From positions 1,436,925-1,500,924 of the forward strand of contig CM082583.2 in assembly GCA_040954595.2 (NCBI GenBank): DNA of 64,000 bases, read 5' to 3'. A model generated the notes under the pieces. It did not search any database. It was not told the DNA's origin and saw nothing but the letters and a program-made list of their open reading frames with translations. How positions within the stretch are numbered: the stretch's first letter is position 1; the number at the start of each line of letters is the position of its first letter. Below, piece by piece: positions 38,354 through 51,585 of the stretch. A program made the translations under genes and the position numbers. The DNA is from Balanoglossus misakiensis. Taxonomy: Eukaryota > Animalia > Hemichordata.

Positions 38354-41300
38354 ATTAAAGTTGCAAGCAGCGTTGGCGGGGCACAAGCGGTTCCCATGGT
38401 AACAAGCAAATGCCAAGGCTGTATCTGCTGTGGATACCAAAATATTGGAAAGTAGGTCAAAGGTCACCTGAGGTCACCCCAAATTTGGGCAAAAAAATCG
38501 GACCCCATACTAGTCTAGGTCCAACAAAAACCAAACACCTAGCTCTATTGGTTCGCCTAGAATTAGGTATGCGCATAATTAATGAGGTCTTGTGTAAGAC
38601 TCCATATCTGCTCCATCGGCCCTCCAAAAGCCAGGACTCTAACTGCTGTGGATGCTGAGATATGGGAAATTAGATCAAAGGTCATCCAAGGTCACCCAAA
38701 ATTTGGGCATAAAATTTTGACCCCAGAGTGGGCCATGTCCAACTAAAACCAGACCTCTAGCCCTATTGGTTAGCCTGGAATTAGATATGCAGAAAAATGA
38801 TGTTTCAGAAATAGGTCAAGGGTCATTGCCAAAATTACCAAAATAGTTGTGTCATGTCCTGGCAGCATTGGTACCCATGTCCACAAAATTTATGACTGTG
38901 GTGCTTTTACAAGAGGAGGTATGGGGATATGCATATATAATTAGTTGTTTTAAAACTGGGTCAAAGGTCATGTCAAAATTGCCCCGAAAAATTGTAACAA
39001 CTTCCGGTCATATGATGACTCATATCCAAAAAAAGAATTTACGTGCTGTCAACATTTTGGCTACAAAACAGAATTTTCATTTTTCAATGGTTTTCCGAAA
39101 ATCCAACATGGCCGCCATAATGATCGACCAATCACAGTGCGCTTCGCAAACTTGATAAACATAGGTTAGGTGACCACATACCCCGAATCCTGTGACTCGG
39201 CAATCGCTGGTTCTGGAGTAGAAGATTTTTAAAGTTTTAAGTAGTTTTTCAGAAAAACAATTGTAGCAAAAAAACTTTATGTGTGACGTCATGATTTCAA
39301 TGGGGTAAAATGATGGACAGAAGGTAGGCTACCTGCACACCAAATTTGAACTCGATCGGCCCAGTAGTTTTTGAGAAGGACTCGTTTAACGATTGTCAGG
39401 AAATGCAATATGGCCGCCAGGTCACGTGACTAATTAAATATTCACGAGCCACTGCACGTCTACTCATTGGCCCCTATCACCCTACCAAGTTTCAGCCCCC
39501 TAGGTGCAGCGGTTTTCCAGATCTACCTGGCCGAATTTCTCGGAAGAAGAAGAAGAAGAAGAAGAATTAAAGCTGCAAGCAGCATTGTCCGGGCCCAAGC
39601 TCTATTATCTGATCTGATTATTAGATATGCACATAATTAATGAGTAGAAACATAATGCTGTGTTTTATCCCATGAAATATCAAGGTTATATCTATGTTTA
39701 GTGCTGATATAGTGTTAAGTAGGTCAAAGGTCACCCAGAGGTCACCCACAATTTGGACCCATAGTGGTCCATGTCCAACAAAAACCAGACCTCTAGCCCT
39801 TTTGGTTAGCCCGGAATTAGGTATGCACATAAATAATGAGTTAAGCAGGTGTCACAGGTGACCGAAAACTTTGGCTTTTCATTATGGCCCCATACCTCCA
39901 AACGCCAAGGCTGTATCTGGTGTGGATGTCGAGATATGCAAAAGTAGGTCAAAGGTCACCCGAGGTCACCCAACATTTGGGCAAAATATTTTGACCCCAT
40001 ACTGGTCCATGTATAACAAAAACAAAACCTCTAGGTCTATTGGTTCATCATTAATTAGGTATGTGCATATTTAATGAGGTCAGCAGAGGTCAAAGGGGTC
40101 ATGAAAAGTAGCAAAATTTTTTGATCACATACAAATCCACATACATCAAAAACCAAACTTATAGCCCTATTGGTTAGCCTGGAATTAGATATGCAGAAAA
40201 ATGATTTGTCAAAAGTAGGTCAAAGGTCACTGCCAAAATTACCAAAATATTTATAGCTTATTCTTGTCAAATGATGATTCATATCCATAAAAAGAATTTC
40301 TGTGCTATCAATTTTTAGGCTAGAAAAGGAATTTTTACTTTTTAATCGTTTTTCACAAAATCCAATATGGCCGCCATAATCTTTGACCAATCACATTCCC
40401 CCTTCGCAAACTTGATAGACATCTGTTTAATGACCACACACACCAAATCTTGTGACTCGGTTATCGCCTGTTCTGGAGAAGAAAATTTTTGAAGTTTTAC
40501 TATGGTTTTTCGAAAATCCAATATGGCCGCCATAATCTTCGACCAATCACAATGATCTTTGCAAACTCGATAGACATCAGTTAGGTGACCACATACCCCG
40601 AACAGCGTGACTCGGTTATCGCCGGTTCTGGAGAAGAAGATTTTTGAAATTTTGACCAGATTTCAGAAAAACAACTGTAGCAAAAAAACTGCAACATTGA
40701 CAGCAAAATATCCAATTACAAAAATGATGGGCAGAAGGTACACTACCAGCACACCAAATCTGAAGTGAATCTGACTTGTAGTTTCTGAGATCTGAGATTT
40801 GCATTTTTTCAGAAAATCCAATATGGCCGCCATGTCACGTGACTAATTAAAAATTCAAGAGTTCAATGCACGACTACCCATTGACCTTGACCACTGTAAC
40901 AAGTTTGAGAAGTGTACCTGCAGCGGTGTCTGAGATCTAGAGCAACAAAGAAATGACACAAGAAAAAAGAAAGAAAGAATTAAAGCTGCAAGCAGCATTG
41001 TCCGGGCCCAAGCTCTATTATCTGATCTAATTATTAGATATGCACATAATTAATGAGTAGAGACATAATGCTGTGTCTTATGCCATGAAATATCAAGGTT
41101 ATATCTATGTTTTGTGGTGATATAGTGTTAAGTAGGTCAAAGGTCACCCAGAGGTCAACCACAATTTGGGCAGAAAATTTTGACCCATAGTGGTCCATGT
41201 CCAACAAAAACCAGACCTCTAGCCCTTTTGGTTATCCCGGAATTAGGTATGCACATAAATAATGAGTTAAGCACGTGTCACAGGTGACCCAAAACTTTGG

Positions 41301-44300
41301 CTTTTCATTATGGCCCCATACCTCCAAACGCCAAGGCTGTATCTGCCGTAGATGTCGAGATATGCAAAAGTAGGTCAAAGGTCACCCGAGGTCACCCAAC
41401 ATTTGGGCAAAATATTTTGACCCCATACTGGTCCATGTATAACAAAAACAAAACCTCTAGGTCTATTGGTTCATCATTAATTAGGTATGCGCATATTTAA
41501 TGAGGTCACCAGAGGTCAAAGGGGTCATGAAAAGTAGCAAAAATTTTTGATCACATACAAATCCACATACATCAAAAACCAAACTTATAGCCCTATTGGT
41601 TAGCCTGGAATTAGATATGCAGAAAAATGATGCGTCAAAAGTAGGTCAAAGGTCATTGCCAAAATTACCAAAATATTTATAGCTTATTCTTGTCATATGA
41701 TGTTTCATATCCGTAAAAAGAATTTCTGTGCTATCAATTTTTAGGCTAGAAAGGGAATTTTTACTTTTTAATCGTTTTTCACAAAATCCAATATGGCCGC
41801 CATAATATTTGACCAATCACATTCCTCTTCGCAAACTTGATAGACATCTGTTTAATGACCACACACATCAAATCTTGTGACTCAGTTATCGCCGGTTCTT
41901 GAGAAGAAGATTTTTGAAATTTTACTAGGTTTTTTTTTAAATCCAATATGGCCGCCATAATCTTTGACCAATCACAATGATCTTCGCAAACTTGATAGAC
42001 CTCAGCTTGGTGACCACATACCCCAAACCGCGTGACTCGGTTATCGCCAGTTCTGGAGAAGAAGATTTTTGAAATTTTGACCAGATTTCAGAAAAACAAC
42101 TGTAGCAAAAAAACTGCAACATTGACAGCAAAATATCCAATTACAAAAATGATGGGCAGAAGGTAGACTACCTGCACACCAAATTTGAAGTCGATCTGAC
42201 TTGTAGTTTCTGAGATCTGAGATTTGCATTTTTTCAGAAAATCCAATATGGCCGCCATGTCACGTGACTAATTAAAAATTCAAGAGTTCAATGCACGACT
42301 ACCCATTGACCTTGACCACTGTAGCAAGTTTCAGAAGTGTACCTGCAGCGGTGTCTGAGATCTCGTGGGTCAAAGAATTGACACAAGAATAAAGAAAGAA
42401 AGAAAGTATTAAAGCTGCAAGCAGCATTGTCGGGCCCAAGCGCTGATCTTGAATTACATATGCACAGTATGAATGAGAAGAAACAGAATGCTCTATCATG
42501 TTTTTTATCTCATGACAAAACAAGGACGTATGTATTTTTGCTGCAGAAATAGAGTAAAGTAGGTAAAAGGGCACCTGAGGTCATCTAAATTTTGGGAAAT
42601 TTTTTTGACCCATATTTGTCCATGTCCAACAAAAACCAAAACTCTAGCTCTATTGGTTCGTCTGTAATTAGGTATGTGCATATTTAATGAGGTCAGCAGG
42701 TGTCACAGGTGACCCAAAAATGTGGCTTTACATTTTGGTCCCATCCTACCAAATGCCATGGCTGTATCTGCTCTGGATGCTGAGATATGCGAAAGTAGGT
42801 CAAAGGTCACCAGAGGTCACCCAACAATTGGACAAAAATTTTTGATCCCATACTGGTCCATGTCCAACAAAAACCAAACCCCTAGCTCTATTGGTTCGCC
42901 TGTAATTAGCTATGCACATAATTAATGAGGTCAGCAGAGGTCAAAGGGGTCATGAAAAGTAGCAAAATATTTTGATCACACACTAATCCACATGCATCAA
43001 AAACCAAAAGTCTAGCCCTATAGGTTAGCCTGGAATTAGATATGCAGAAATAATAACGCGTGATAAGTAGGTCAAAGGTCATGTGAAAAATCGCCAAAAA
43101 TTTGTAACATATTTTAGTCACATGATGATTGATATCCATGAACAGAATTTAGATGCTATCAATTTTTAGACAAGGAAAAGGAATTTCAATTTTTCACTGC
43201 TTTTTACAAAATCCAATATGGCCGCCATAATCTTCGACCAATCACAATGCTTTTGCAGACTTGATAGACATCAGTGTTGTGACCATACGCCCCGAATCTT
43301 GCGACTCAGTTATTGCCCGTTCTGGAGAAGAAGATTTTTGCAGTTTTACTATGGTTTTTCGAAAATCCAATATGGCCGCCATAATCTTCGACCAATCACA
43401 ATGCTTCTTATCAAACTTGATAGACATCAGTTAGGTGACCACATACCCCAAACCGCGTCACTTGGTTATCACCGGTTCTGGAGAAGAAGATTTTTGAAAT
43501 TTAAGCCAGATTTCAGAAAAAAAATTGTAGCAAAAAAACTGCAACATTTACAGCAAAATATCCAATTACAAAAATGATGGGTAGAAGGTAGACTATCTGC
43601 ACATCAAATTTGAAGTCGATCTGACTTGTAGTTTCTGAGATCTGAGATTTGCATTTTTACAGAAAATCCAATATGGCCGCCAGGTCACGTGACTAATTAA
43701 AAATTCAAGGGTTCAATGCACGACTACTCATTGACCTTGACCACTGTAGCAAGTTTGAAAACTGTACCTGCAGTGGTGTCTGAGATCTAGAGCGACAAAG
43801 AAGTGAACCAAGAATAAAGAAAGAAAGAAAGAAAGAATTAAAGCTGCAAGCAGCATTGTCGGGCCCAAGCGCTGATCTTGAATTATATATGCACAGTATG
43901 AATGAGAAGAAACATAATTTTCTATCGGGTGTATTATCTCATGACATAACAAGGGCGTATGTATTTTTGCTGCTGAAATAGGGTAAAGTAGGTCAAAGGT
44001 CACCTGAGGTCATCCAACATTTGGGCAAAATATTTTGACCCATGCTGGGCTATGTCCAACAAAAACCAAAACTCTAGCTCTATTGGTTCACGTGTAATTA
44101 GGTATGTGCATATTTAATGAGGTCAGCAGGTGTCACAGGTGAGCCAAAAATTTGGCTTTACATTTAGGTCCCATCCTGCCAAGTGCCATGGCTGTATCTG
44201 CTCTGGATGCTGAGATATGCGAAAGTAGGTCAAAGGTCACCAGAGGTCACCCAAAATTTGGGCAAAAATTTTGATCCCATACTGGCCCATGTCCAACAAA

Positions 44301-47300
44301 AATCAAACCTCTAGCTCTATTGGTTCGCCTGAAATTAGCTATGCACATAATTAATGAGGTCAGCAGAGGTCAAAGGGGTCATGAAAAGTAGCAAAATATT
44401 TTGATCACACACTAATCCACATTCATCAAAAACCAAACCTCTAGCCCTATAGGTTAGCCTGGAATTAGATATGCAGAAATAATAACGCATGATAAGTAGG
44501 TCAAAGGTCATGTGAAAAATCACCAAAAAATTGTAGCATATTTTAGTCACATGACGACTGATATCCATAAAAAGAATTTGTATGCTATCAATTTTTAGAC
44601 TAGAAAAAGGAATTTCAATTTTTCACTGCTTTTTACAAAATCCAATATGGCCGCCATAATCTTCGACCAATCACAATGCTCTTTGCAAACTTGATAGACA
44701 TCAGTGTAGTGACCATACTCCCCGAATCTTGCGACTCAGTCATCGGTCGTTCTGGAGAAGAAGATTTTTGCAGTTTTACTATGGTTTTTCGAAAATCCAA
44801 TATGGCCGCCATAATCTTCGACCAATCACAATGATCTTCGCAAACTTGATAGACATCAGTTAGGTGACCACATACCCCAAACCCCGTGTCTCGGTTATCA
44901 CTGGTTCTGGAGTAGAAGATTTTTGAAATTTAAGCCAGATTTGAGAAAAACAACTGTAGCAAAAAAACTGCAACATTGACAGCAAAATTTCCAATTACAC
45001 AAATGATGGGTAGAAGGTAGTCTACCTGCATGCCAAATTTGAAGTCGATCTGACTTGTAGTTTCTGAGATCTGAGATTTGATTTTTTTCAGAAAATCCAA
45101 TATGGCCGCCAGGTCACGTGACTAATTAAGTATTCACAAGTCACTGCACATCTACTCATTGACCTTGACCACTGTAGCAAGTTTGAGAAGTGTACCTGCA
45201 GCGGTGTCTGAGATCTCGTTGCCCAAAGAATTGACACAAGAATAAAGAAAGAAAGAAAGAAAGAAAAATTCCAACGAAACCAATAGGGCCCAAGCGCTTG
45301 CGTGTGCTTGGGCCCTAAAAACCCCAACGAAACCAATAGGGCCCAAGCGCTGCTGTGCGCTTGGGCCCTAAAAATTCCAACGAAACCAATAGGGCCCAAG
45401 AGCTTGGGCGCGCTTGAGCCCTAAAAATTCCAACGAAACCAATACGGGCCCAAGCCTGGCTTGGCTTGGGCCCGTAAAAACCCCAACGAAACCAATAGGG
45501 CCCAAGCGCTGGTATGCGCTTGGGCCCTAAATATAGCTGCAAGCAGCAATATAGCCAACATAGCCAACATAGCACATAGCAACATAGCAATAAGCGTATC
45601 TGCTCTGGATGGTAAAGTAGGTCAAAGGTCACCTGAGTTCATGCAAAATTTGGGCAATAAATTTTGATCCTATACTGGTCCATGTCCAACAAAAACCAGA
45701 CCCGTAGCCCTATTGGTTAGCCTGGAATTAGGTATGCACATAAATAATGAGATATGCAGGTGTCACAGGTGATCCCCAATTTTGGCTTTTCAATTTTAGT
45801 CCCAACCCTCCAAACGCCAAGTCTGTACCTGCTCTGGATGCCGAGATATGGTAAAGTAGGTCAAAGGTCACCTGAGGTCATGCACAATTTGGGCAAGAAA
45901 TTTTGACCCTATACTGGTCTATGTTCAACAAAAACCAAACCTATAGCCCTATTGGTTAGCCTGGAATTAGGTATGCACATAATTAATGAGATATGCAGGT
46001 GTCACAGGTGACCCCCATTTTGGCTTTTCAATTTTAGTCCCAACCCTACAAGCGCCAAGTCTGTACCTGCTCTCGATGCCGAGCTATGGTAAAGTAGGTC
46101 AAAGGTCACCTGAGGTCACCAAAATTTGGGCAAAAATGTTTGACCCCATACTAGTCCATGTCCCACCAGATCAAAACCTCTAGCCCTATTAGTTAGCCCG
46201 TAATTAGGTATGCACATAATTAATGAGGTAAGCAGGTGTTACAGGTGAGCCCGAAATTTTGCCTTTTATTTTGGTCCCATTTTGGACAGTCACTGTACAG
46301 GACCATTGCTCAGACCAGAATTCCCCAATAAGACATGTACATAGCTTAACTATAGAGGCATAAGTAGCCTAAAGGTATAAATTTAATACAAAAATTAATA
46401 TAAAAAAATCGGTCGATTTTATATATTATTATTTTTCGCTTAAAATGATTGTCGGAAAGTAGGGTACCTGCACACTAAATTTGAACTTGATCAGCCGGGC
46501 CGATTTTGAGATAATGGGCATGAATCCAATATATCCCAGGTGGCCATAGCTTTACTATAGAAGTACATGTATGAGAATTGGTTCAGTTTTCATAAAAAAA
46601 TTCATATAAAAAAATTGGTCGATTTCAGCTGGGATTTTTTTTGCTTAAAATGATTGACAGAAGGTAGGCTAGCTGCACACCAAATTTGAAGTTAATCGGC
46701 CCAACAGATTTTGAGATATTTTTGCATATATATCCAAAATAATATGTGGTCATAGCTTAACTATGGAAAGTATAGGCACTTGGCTTGGTCGAAAAATATG
46801 AAAAATAATACTTAAAAATCTTCTTATGTTAACAGAATTTTGATATCTCCATTCATATGCAAATAAGGCCGATTTGAAAGTTTTGCCCATATATGGTCAT
46901 CAGGTCATGTGACTAATTAAACATTCACAAGGGTACTGCACCAGCTCTCATTGGCCTGCACCATTGTGCCAAGTTTGAAATTGGTAGGTTTAGCCGTTTT
47001 TCAGATCTAGCTGATAAAAAAAACGACAGAAGAAGAAGAAAAAGAAAAACTCCAGTAAAAACAATAGGGCACAAGCCTGCTGGGCTTGTGCCCTAAAAAT
47101 TCCAACGAAACCAATAGGGCCCAAGCGCTTGCTTGCGCTTGGGCCCTAATTAAAGCTGCGAGCAGCATTGTCGGGCCCAAGCGCTGATCTTGAATTATAT
47201 ATGCACAGTATGAATGAGAAGAAACAGAATTTTCTATCGGATGTATTATATCATGACATAACAAGGATGTGTGCATTTTTGCTGCTGAAATAGGGTGAAG

Positions 47301-47876
47301 TAGGTCAAAGGTCACCTGAGGTCACCCAACATTTGGGCAATTTTTTTTTACCCATACTGGTCCATGTCCAACAAAAACCAAAACTCTAGCTCTATTGGTT
47401 CGCCTGTAATTAGGTATGTGCATAATTAATGAGGTCAGCAGAGGTCAAAGGGGTCATGAAAAGTAGCAAAATATTTTGATCACACACTAATCCACATTCA
47501 TCAAAAACCAAACCTCTAGCCCTATAGGTTAGCCTGGAATTAGATATGCAGAAATAATAACGCGTGATAATTAGGTCAAAGGTCATGTGAAAAATCGCCA
47601 AAAAATTGTTATATATTTTAGTCACATGACGATTGATATCCATAAAAAGAATTTGTATGCTATCAATTTTTGGACTAGAAAAAGGAATTTCAATTTTTTT
47701 CTGTTTTTTTACAAAATCCAATATGGCCGCCATAATCTTCGACCAATCACAATGCTCTTTGCAAACTTGATAGACATCAGTGTAGTGACCATACTCCCCG
47801 AATCTTGCGACTCAGTCATCGCTCGTTCTGGAGAAGAAGATTTTTGGAGTTTAACTATGGTTTTACGAAAAACCAA
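38354..47876 (+). mobile_element. Head-to-tail array of 7 Helentron/HINE-like non-autonomous units (about 1.2-1.7 kb; last one truncated)
   Basis: Units start with ATTAAAGCTGCAAGCAGC or a close variant at 38354, 39566, 40979, 42408, 43837, about 45531 and 47149. Internal subrepeats (AGGTCAAAGGTCAC; AAAATCCAATATGGCCGCC), (GAA/GAAA)n near unit ends, and terminal hairpins GGGCCCAAG-N-CTTGGGCCC. Confidence 0.7.
45264..45530 (+). repeat. Five stacked terminal-hairpin modules of about 53 bp
   Basis: AAAAYYCCAACGAAACCAATAGGGCCCAAG-variable-CTTGGGCCCTAA five times; two more at 47045-47149. Confidence 0.9.
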
Positions 47877-48280
47877 TAAACCCGCTGTACCTCCGCATGT
47901 CTCCACAAGAGCTAGGAGCTCAAAATCGGTCGGACGCAGACCAGCGGTCTGTCAGGTGTAGTAACCGTAACACCAATAAAGGTAGGTTTTCATTGATTCT
48001 AATAGGTCTCCGTTCATAAACATTTCAAATATTCTTCATAATCCAGTAGTTGCCACTGTACTTGAATGAAATATTTCCTTTCAAACTTCCAAATGGTAAC
48101 CGAATCTCAAATCGCAAATCTTTCCATTTTAATAACGAAGTCGGATGCCGAAATTACCAACTCACTTTTTCTATCGGACTCCATCATTCTAATACTTTAC
48201 TTCAATGTTCAAAAATTGTGTAAAACAATATCCACTCTCAATCTATATTTCAGATTTAACGGCGTAATGGCATCCCCGGC

Positions 48281-48505
48281 CTTTGCTCTATCATAGAGGC
48301 AAATGGTATTATCTCTTCCAGTGGAAAAGTTGCGGAGCTGTACGTATTCTCCCTTCTGTAATCTGTTCAGCCACTTCGGATTTTCTTTCCAGAATTTAAG
48401 TTCCAGAACGTTTCCATCGTGCTGCATACAAGGCACGCTAAACAGTTTCCCGTTGGCGGAATTCCGGATCTCGACATCCTCCATGACGCGCAATTTCACA
48501 GCCAT
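48281..48505 (-). pseudogene. RPA-like OB-fold exon A, left arm (frame open, donor lost)
   Basis: MAVKLRVMEDVEIRNSANGKLFSVPCMQHDGNVLELKFWKENPKWLNRLQKGEYVQLRNFSTGRDNTICLYDRAK; pattern D.G..L.L.FW....L..G..V.L.N resembles RPA70-type OB folds. Confidence 0.6.
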
Positions 48506-48969
48506 GCCTTGGCTGGTTGCAGATGATGGAGCTAAGGTACGTAACAATCGCACCCCGAAACGCCTGGGCCCCTATTTTGTGTGTAGTCATTGTGGGTATG
48601 TTAACCTCCCATGTCCTACATTTTTAGAAATTTAGTATACAAAACTGGATGACCGATTATGTTTTATAGACCTTTCCCGAATCCACCTGAAGCCCAGTCG
48701 GAATGTCCTGGGATGTAACCTAAATTCAATATGGCCGCCTCCATGCGTTCACTTGCATTTGAAAATACGTTGATTTTATCGTTGATTAGCGGTGTTTATT
48801 CTCAGTATCAATTTAAATGCGGCACTCGCTTACAAGTCATATTCTAGAAAGAAAGAAAAAATGATAGTTTCGAGTACAGATTACATGTATTTTAAAACGA
48901 GGTTTGGTAACAATGGTATCACTACTAAATGACTTACAATCGATGTTTTTAATTGTCTTTGCACCACAG

Positions 48970-49141
48970 TATGAATCCGGTGATGGTAAATCGCATTCAA
49001 CTTAGAAGGCATGGAGAAAGCGCAACTGATGGTAACTGGGATGCCAAACTGAAACTTTTGGGAGAGAAAACCTTGCCATGTATGGACGTGGGTGTCACAG
49101 TTAAACTTGGGTTAAATACTACAGCGACAACCGAAGTCCCG
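48970..49141 (+). pseudogene. OB-fold exon C, left arm
   Basis: cacag acceptor; PVMVNRIQLRRHGESATDGNWDAKLKLLGEKTLPCMDVGVTVKLGLNTTATTEVP; donor mutated to ttgaga; 172 nt (frameshifted). Confidence 0.55.
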
Positions 49142-49424
49142 TTGAGATATGATATGTGGTAGTGCATGTCCACATGAGTGCCGTGTACTAGCCTCTCTCT
49201 CTGTAAATTCATCCAGGCTACTGCTTTCTGTACATTGGAGAGAAATGAGAACAAGATGGTTAAATCATATTTTGTATAAGTTGGTGTTGACGAAAATAAG
49301 ATGCATGTGAATTGTAGGACTGAAATGTTTCTGTAATGAATACTAAATTAAAAGTTCACAACTTGCATGCAGATAGTAAGTGCTGGGGAAGTTGCAGGGT
49401 GGAGATTGCTTTGGTTTAGTTAAC

Positions 49425-49575
49425 TTACTCAATCTTTGTGACTGTTGCATTTCTTGATTGATAGAGTAGTGTACATGCATTGGCAGGTTTTCTAATATGG
49501 CCTCCTCTGTACCCAAGGTCTGGCATAAGGTGGGACACTGTAAGTATTTGCCGTCTGACACAGAAGATGCCACTT
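49425..49575 (-). pseudogene. Probable last exon E of the OB-fold gene
   Basis: tttttctag acceptor; VASSVSDGKYLQCPTLCQTLGTEEAILENLPMHVHYSIN, frameshift, NATVTKIE*. Confidence 0.4.
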
Positions 49576-50999
49576 CTAGAAAAAATTAAAAAGGACAGAA
49601 TGTGATTGGTAAGACACAGAGACGTGAACATGTACACAAAATGATAGGAAATTGGTGGAAGCAAGTACTGCAGTTAATACTTACTCATCTATGTCTATTC
49701 CCTCAAATACCCCTTCTACCATATCATCACCATTTGGTTCTTTTAACACCTTAGGGAAAAATTGAGAGTTACATTAGAAGCAACGACAATAGGAGGGGGG
49801 GTAAGGTTTGCAGAGAACAGGTTTTTTTATGAACATTTGTGAAAATCAGAAATTAGTGACATGTAGGATTTCAATTTTATGATGTAACATTGTTTTCTTT
49901 TCAACATCAGTTCTCTGAGTAAAAAGATGGCCATGTAAATTTTCTCTAAGTTTGTTAGAGAAATAAAGTACATGTACAACTTTAGTGTTTCACTAATTGA
50001 GTTTCAGTGTTCTTGTATTGTCTCCTTTGCCCCATGTCAACCTCAAAGTAAATATCAAATTTGCCATTTTTGACTTATTTGTCCTTGTAGTGGGCCACAT
50101 AGCATTTTAGTGCAACTTATGAAAATCTGAAGAACCAAATGCCTAATTTACCCACTCTGCACAGATTTATTTCAATGGTACTGACTTGATGATCGGTATA
50201 GCGCCCTCTGTGGTAGGGGGTGGGGGGTTAACCTAGCCTTTATATGTTTATCCCTGTCCGGTTCCATTCCAATTGTATCTATGGTAACCTTATTATCAGC
50301 AGTAAATGCCACAATTGTAAAACAGCAATAATTTTAGTATCAAGCACTCTGTGGAATTAAATATACCCTGTGTATTCTTTGTTTCCCATTAGTAATCATG
50401 CAACTTTGCCATTTTGGGCCTTCTGATTTGCTGTATGTGCTCACTAGTCCTTCCCAACGTCTCTGAATTAGAAGGCCATTGTCATTTGTATAGTGTAGAC
50501 ACATTTCATTTTAGTACAACTGATGAAAGTCTCGTGAAAAACCAAATGCTTAATTTACCCACTGTGCAAAGATTATCTGAATGACATTGTGTTGATCGTC
50601 ATATAGTATAGCGCCCTCTGCGATAGTATTTGGATGATTGTGCCAGGGAGAAGGGGGAACTGAGGGAGCAGATGCAGATGACAGCAAGGCATATCCACTG
50701 AACAATGAGACGGTACGTGTTGTCAGCATTCAGGGAGAGTAAAAAGGGGAGCGCAAGAGACCAGGATGAAGAGACGAGCAGTATTGCATCATCTGTGGAA
50801 AAAAATGCCAAGAGAATGTAAGTGTGGAAGACAAGCACTTAGGGGTTATAAACAAATGTTTTTTTGTGGACAGTTTTAGTATCAAGCATTGTGGAATTAA
50901 ATATACACAGTGTGTGTTGTGTGTTAGATAGGTACATACATACATACATACATACATACATACATGGAAAACACACAGCAAATGGACTCCTTTTTTATC

Positions 51000-51072
51000 A
51001 TCCTCACCAGGAATCGAACCAGGATCCCTTATCACAAAGTGACAAGTGTGTTAACCATTACACCATGAGGAT
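51000..51072 (-). pseudogene. tRNA-Gln(TTG)-derived sequence (pseudo-tRNA or SINE head), left arm
   Basis: ATCCTCA-TGGTGTAATGGTTAACAC-ACTTGTCACTTTGTGATAAG-GGATCCTGGTTCGATTCCTGG-TGAGGAT; A and B boxes, paired acceptor stem, abnormal anticodon arm. Confidence 0.65.
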
Positions 51073-51294
51073 TGTTTTATCTCCACTAACTGCCAACACA
51101 CTGTCCAATTGCACATTCACTCACTGACATATTCAACACACCAGTTTTTTTATTTCAATAAAAATTCACAAATGCATGTGAGAAATAACAGAGAGTCAGA
51201 AATTGGCATCCACAGGAGTTACTGCATTGCTATATGGTATTATAGAGCAGCCAATGCAGTCTAACACTTTTATTAGCTTATTAAAGGCAGAAAG

Positions 51295-51585
51295 TCTCTT
51301 TGCTGCCCTTTTTTAATAATTATGTGTGATACAAGAGACTGTTAATGTGGATATATAGTGAATCAACGTTCGACCACACACAGCTTCCATCCCGTTTGTA
51401 GGATATGACAGTAAAAACTCGCCCAAAATGAATAAATGGTAAATACCAATTATTCATTTTGGCAAGATTTTTCACTCTCGTGTCTACAAGCAGTGTGTGT
51501 TGTTGAATGTTGATTCACTATATATCCACATGTACATTAACATAAATGGTGTCTTGCATCAAACATAATTAATGGAAAAGGGTCC
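51295..51585. mobile_element. Palindromic MITE; single arms also at about 30940-31065 and 33225-33380
   Basis: ATGTGGATATATAGTGAATCAAC ... GTTGATTCACTATATATCCACAT inverted arms. Confidence 0.7.

Noticed and set aside
45264-45530. CRISPR array
   Set aside because: Eukaryotic context, no cas genes, and the variable parts are 10-12 nt hairpin interiors rather than spacers.
38194-47961. Many short ORFs in the tandem array
   Set aside because: They recur with the non-coding repeat units and show no domain motifs or Rep/helicase signature.
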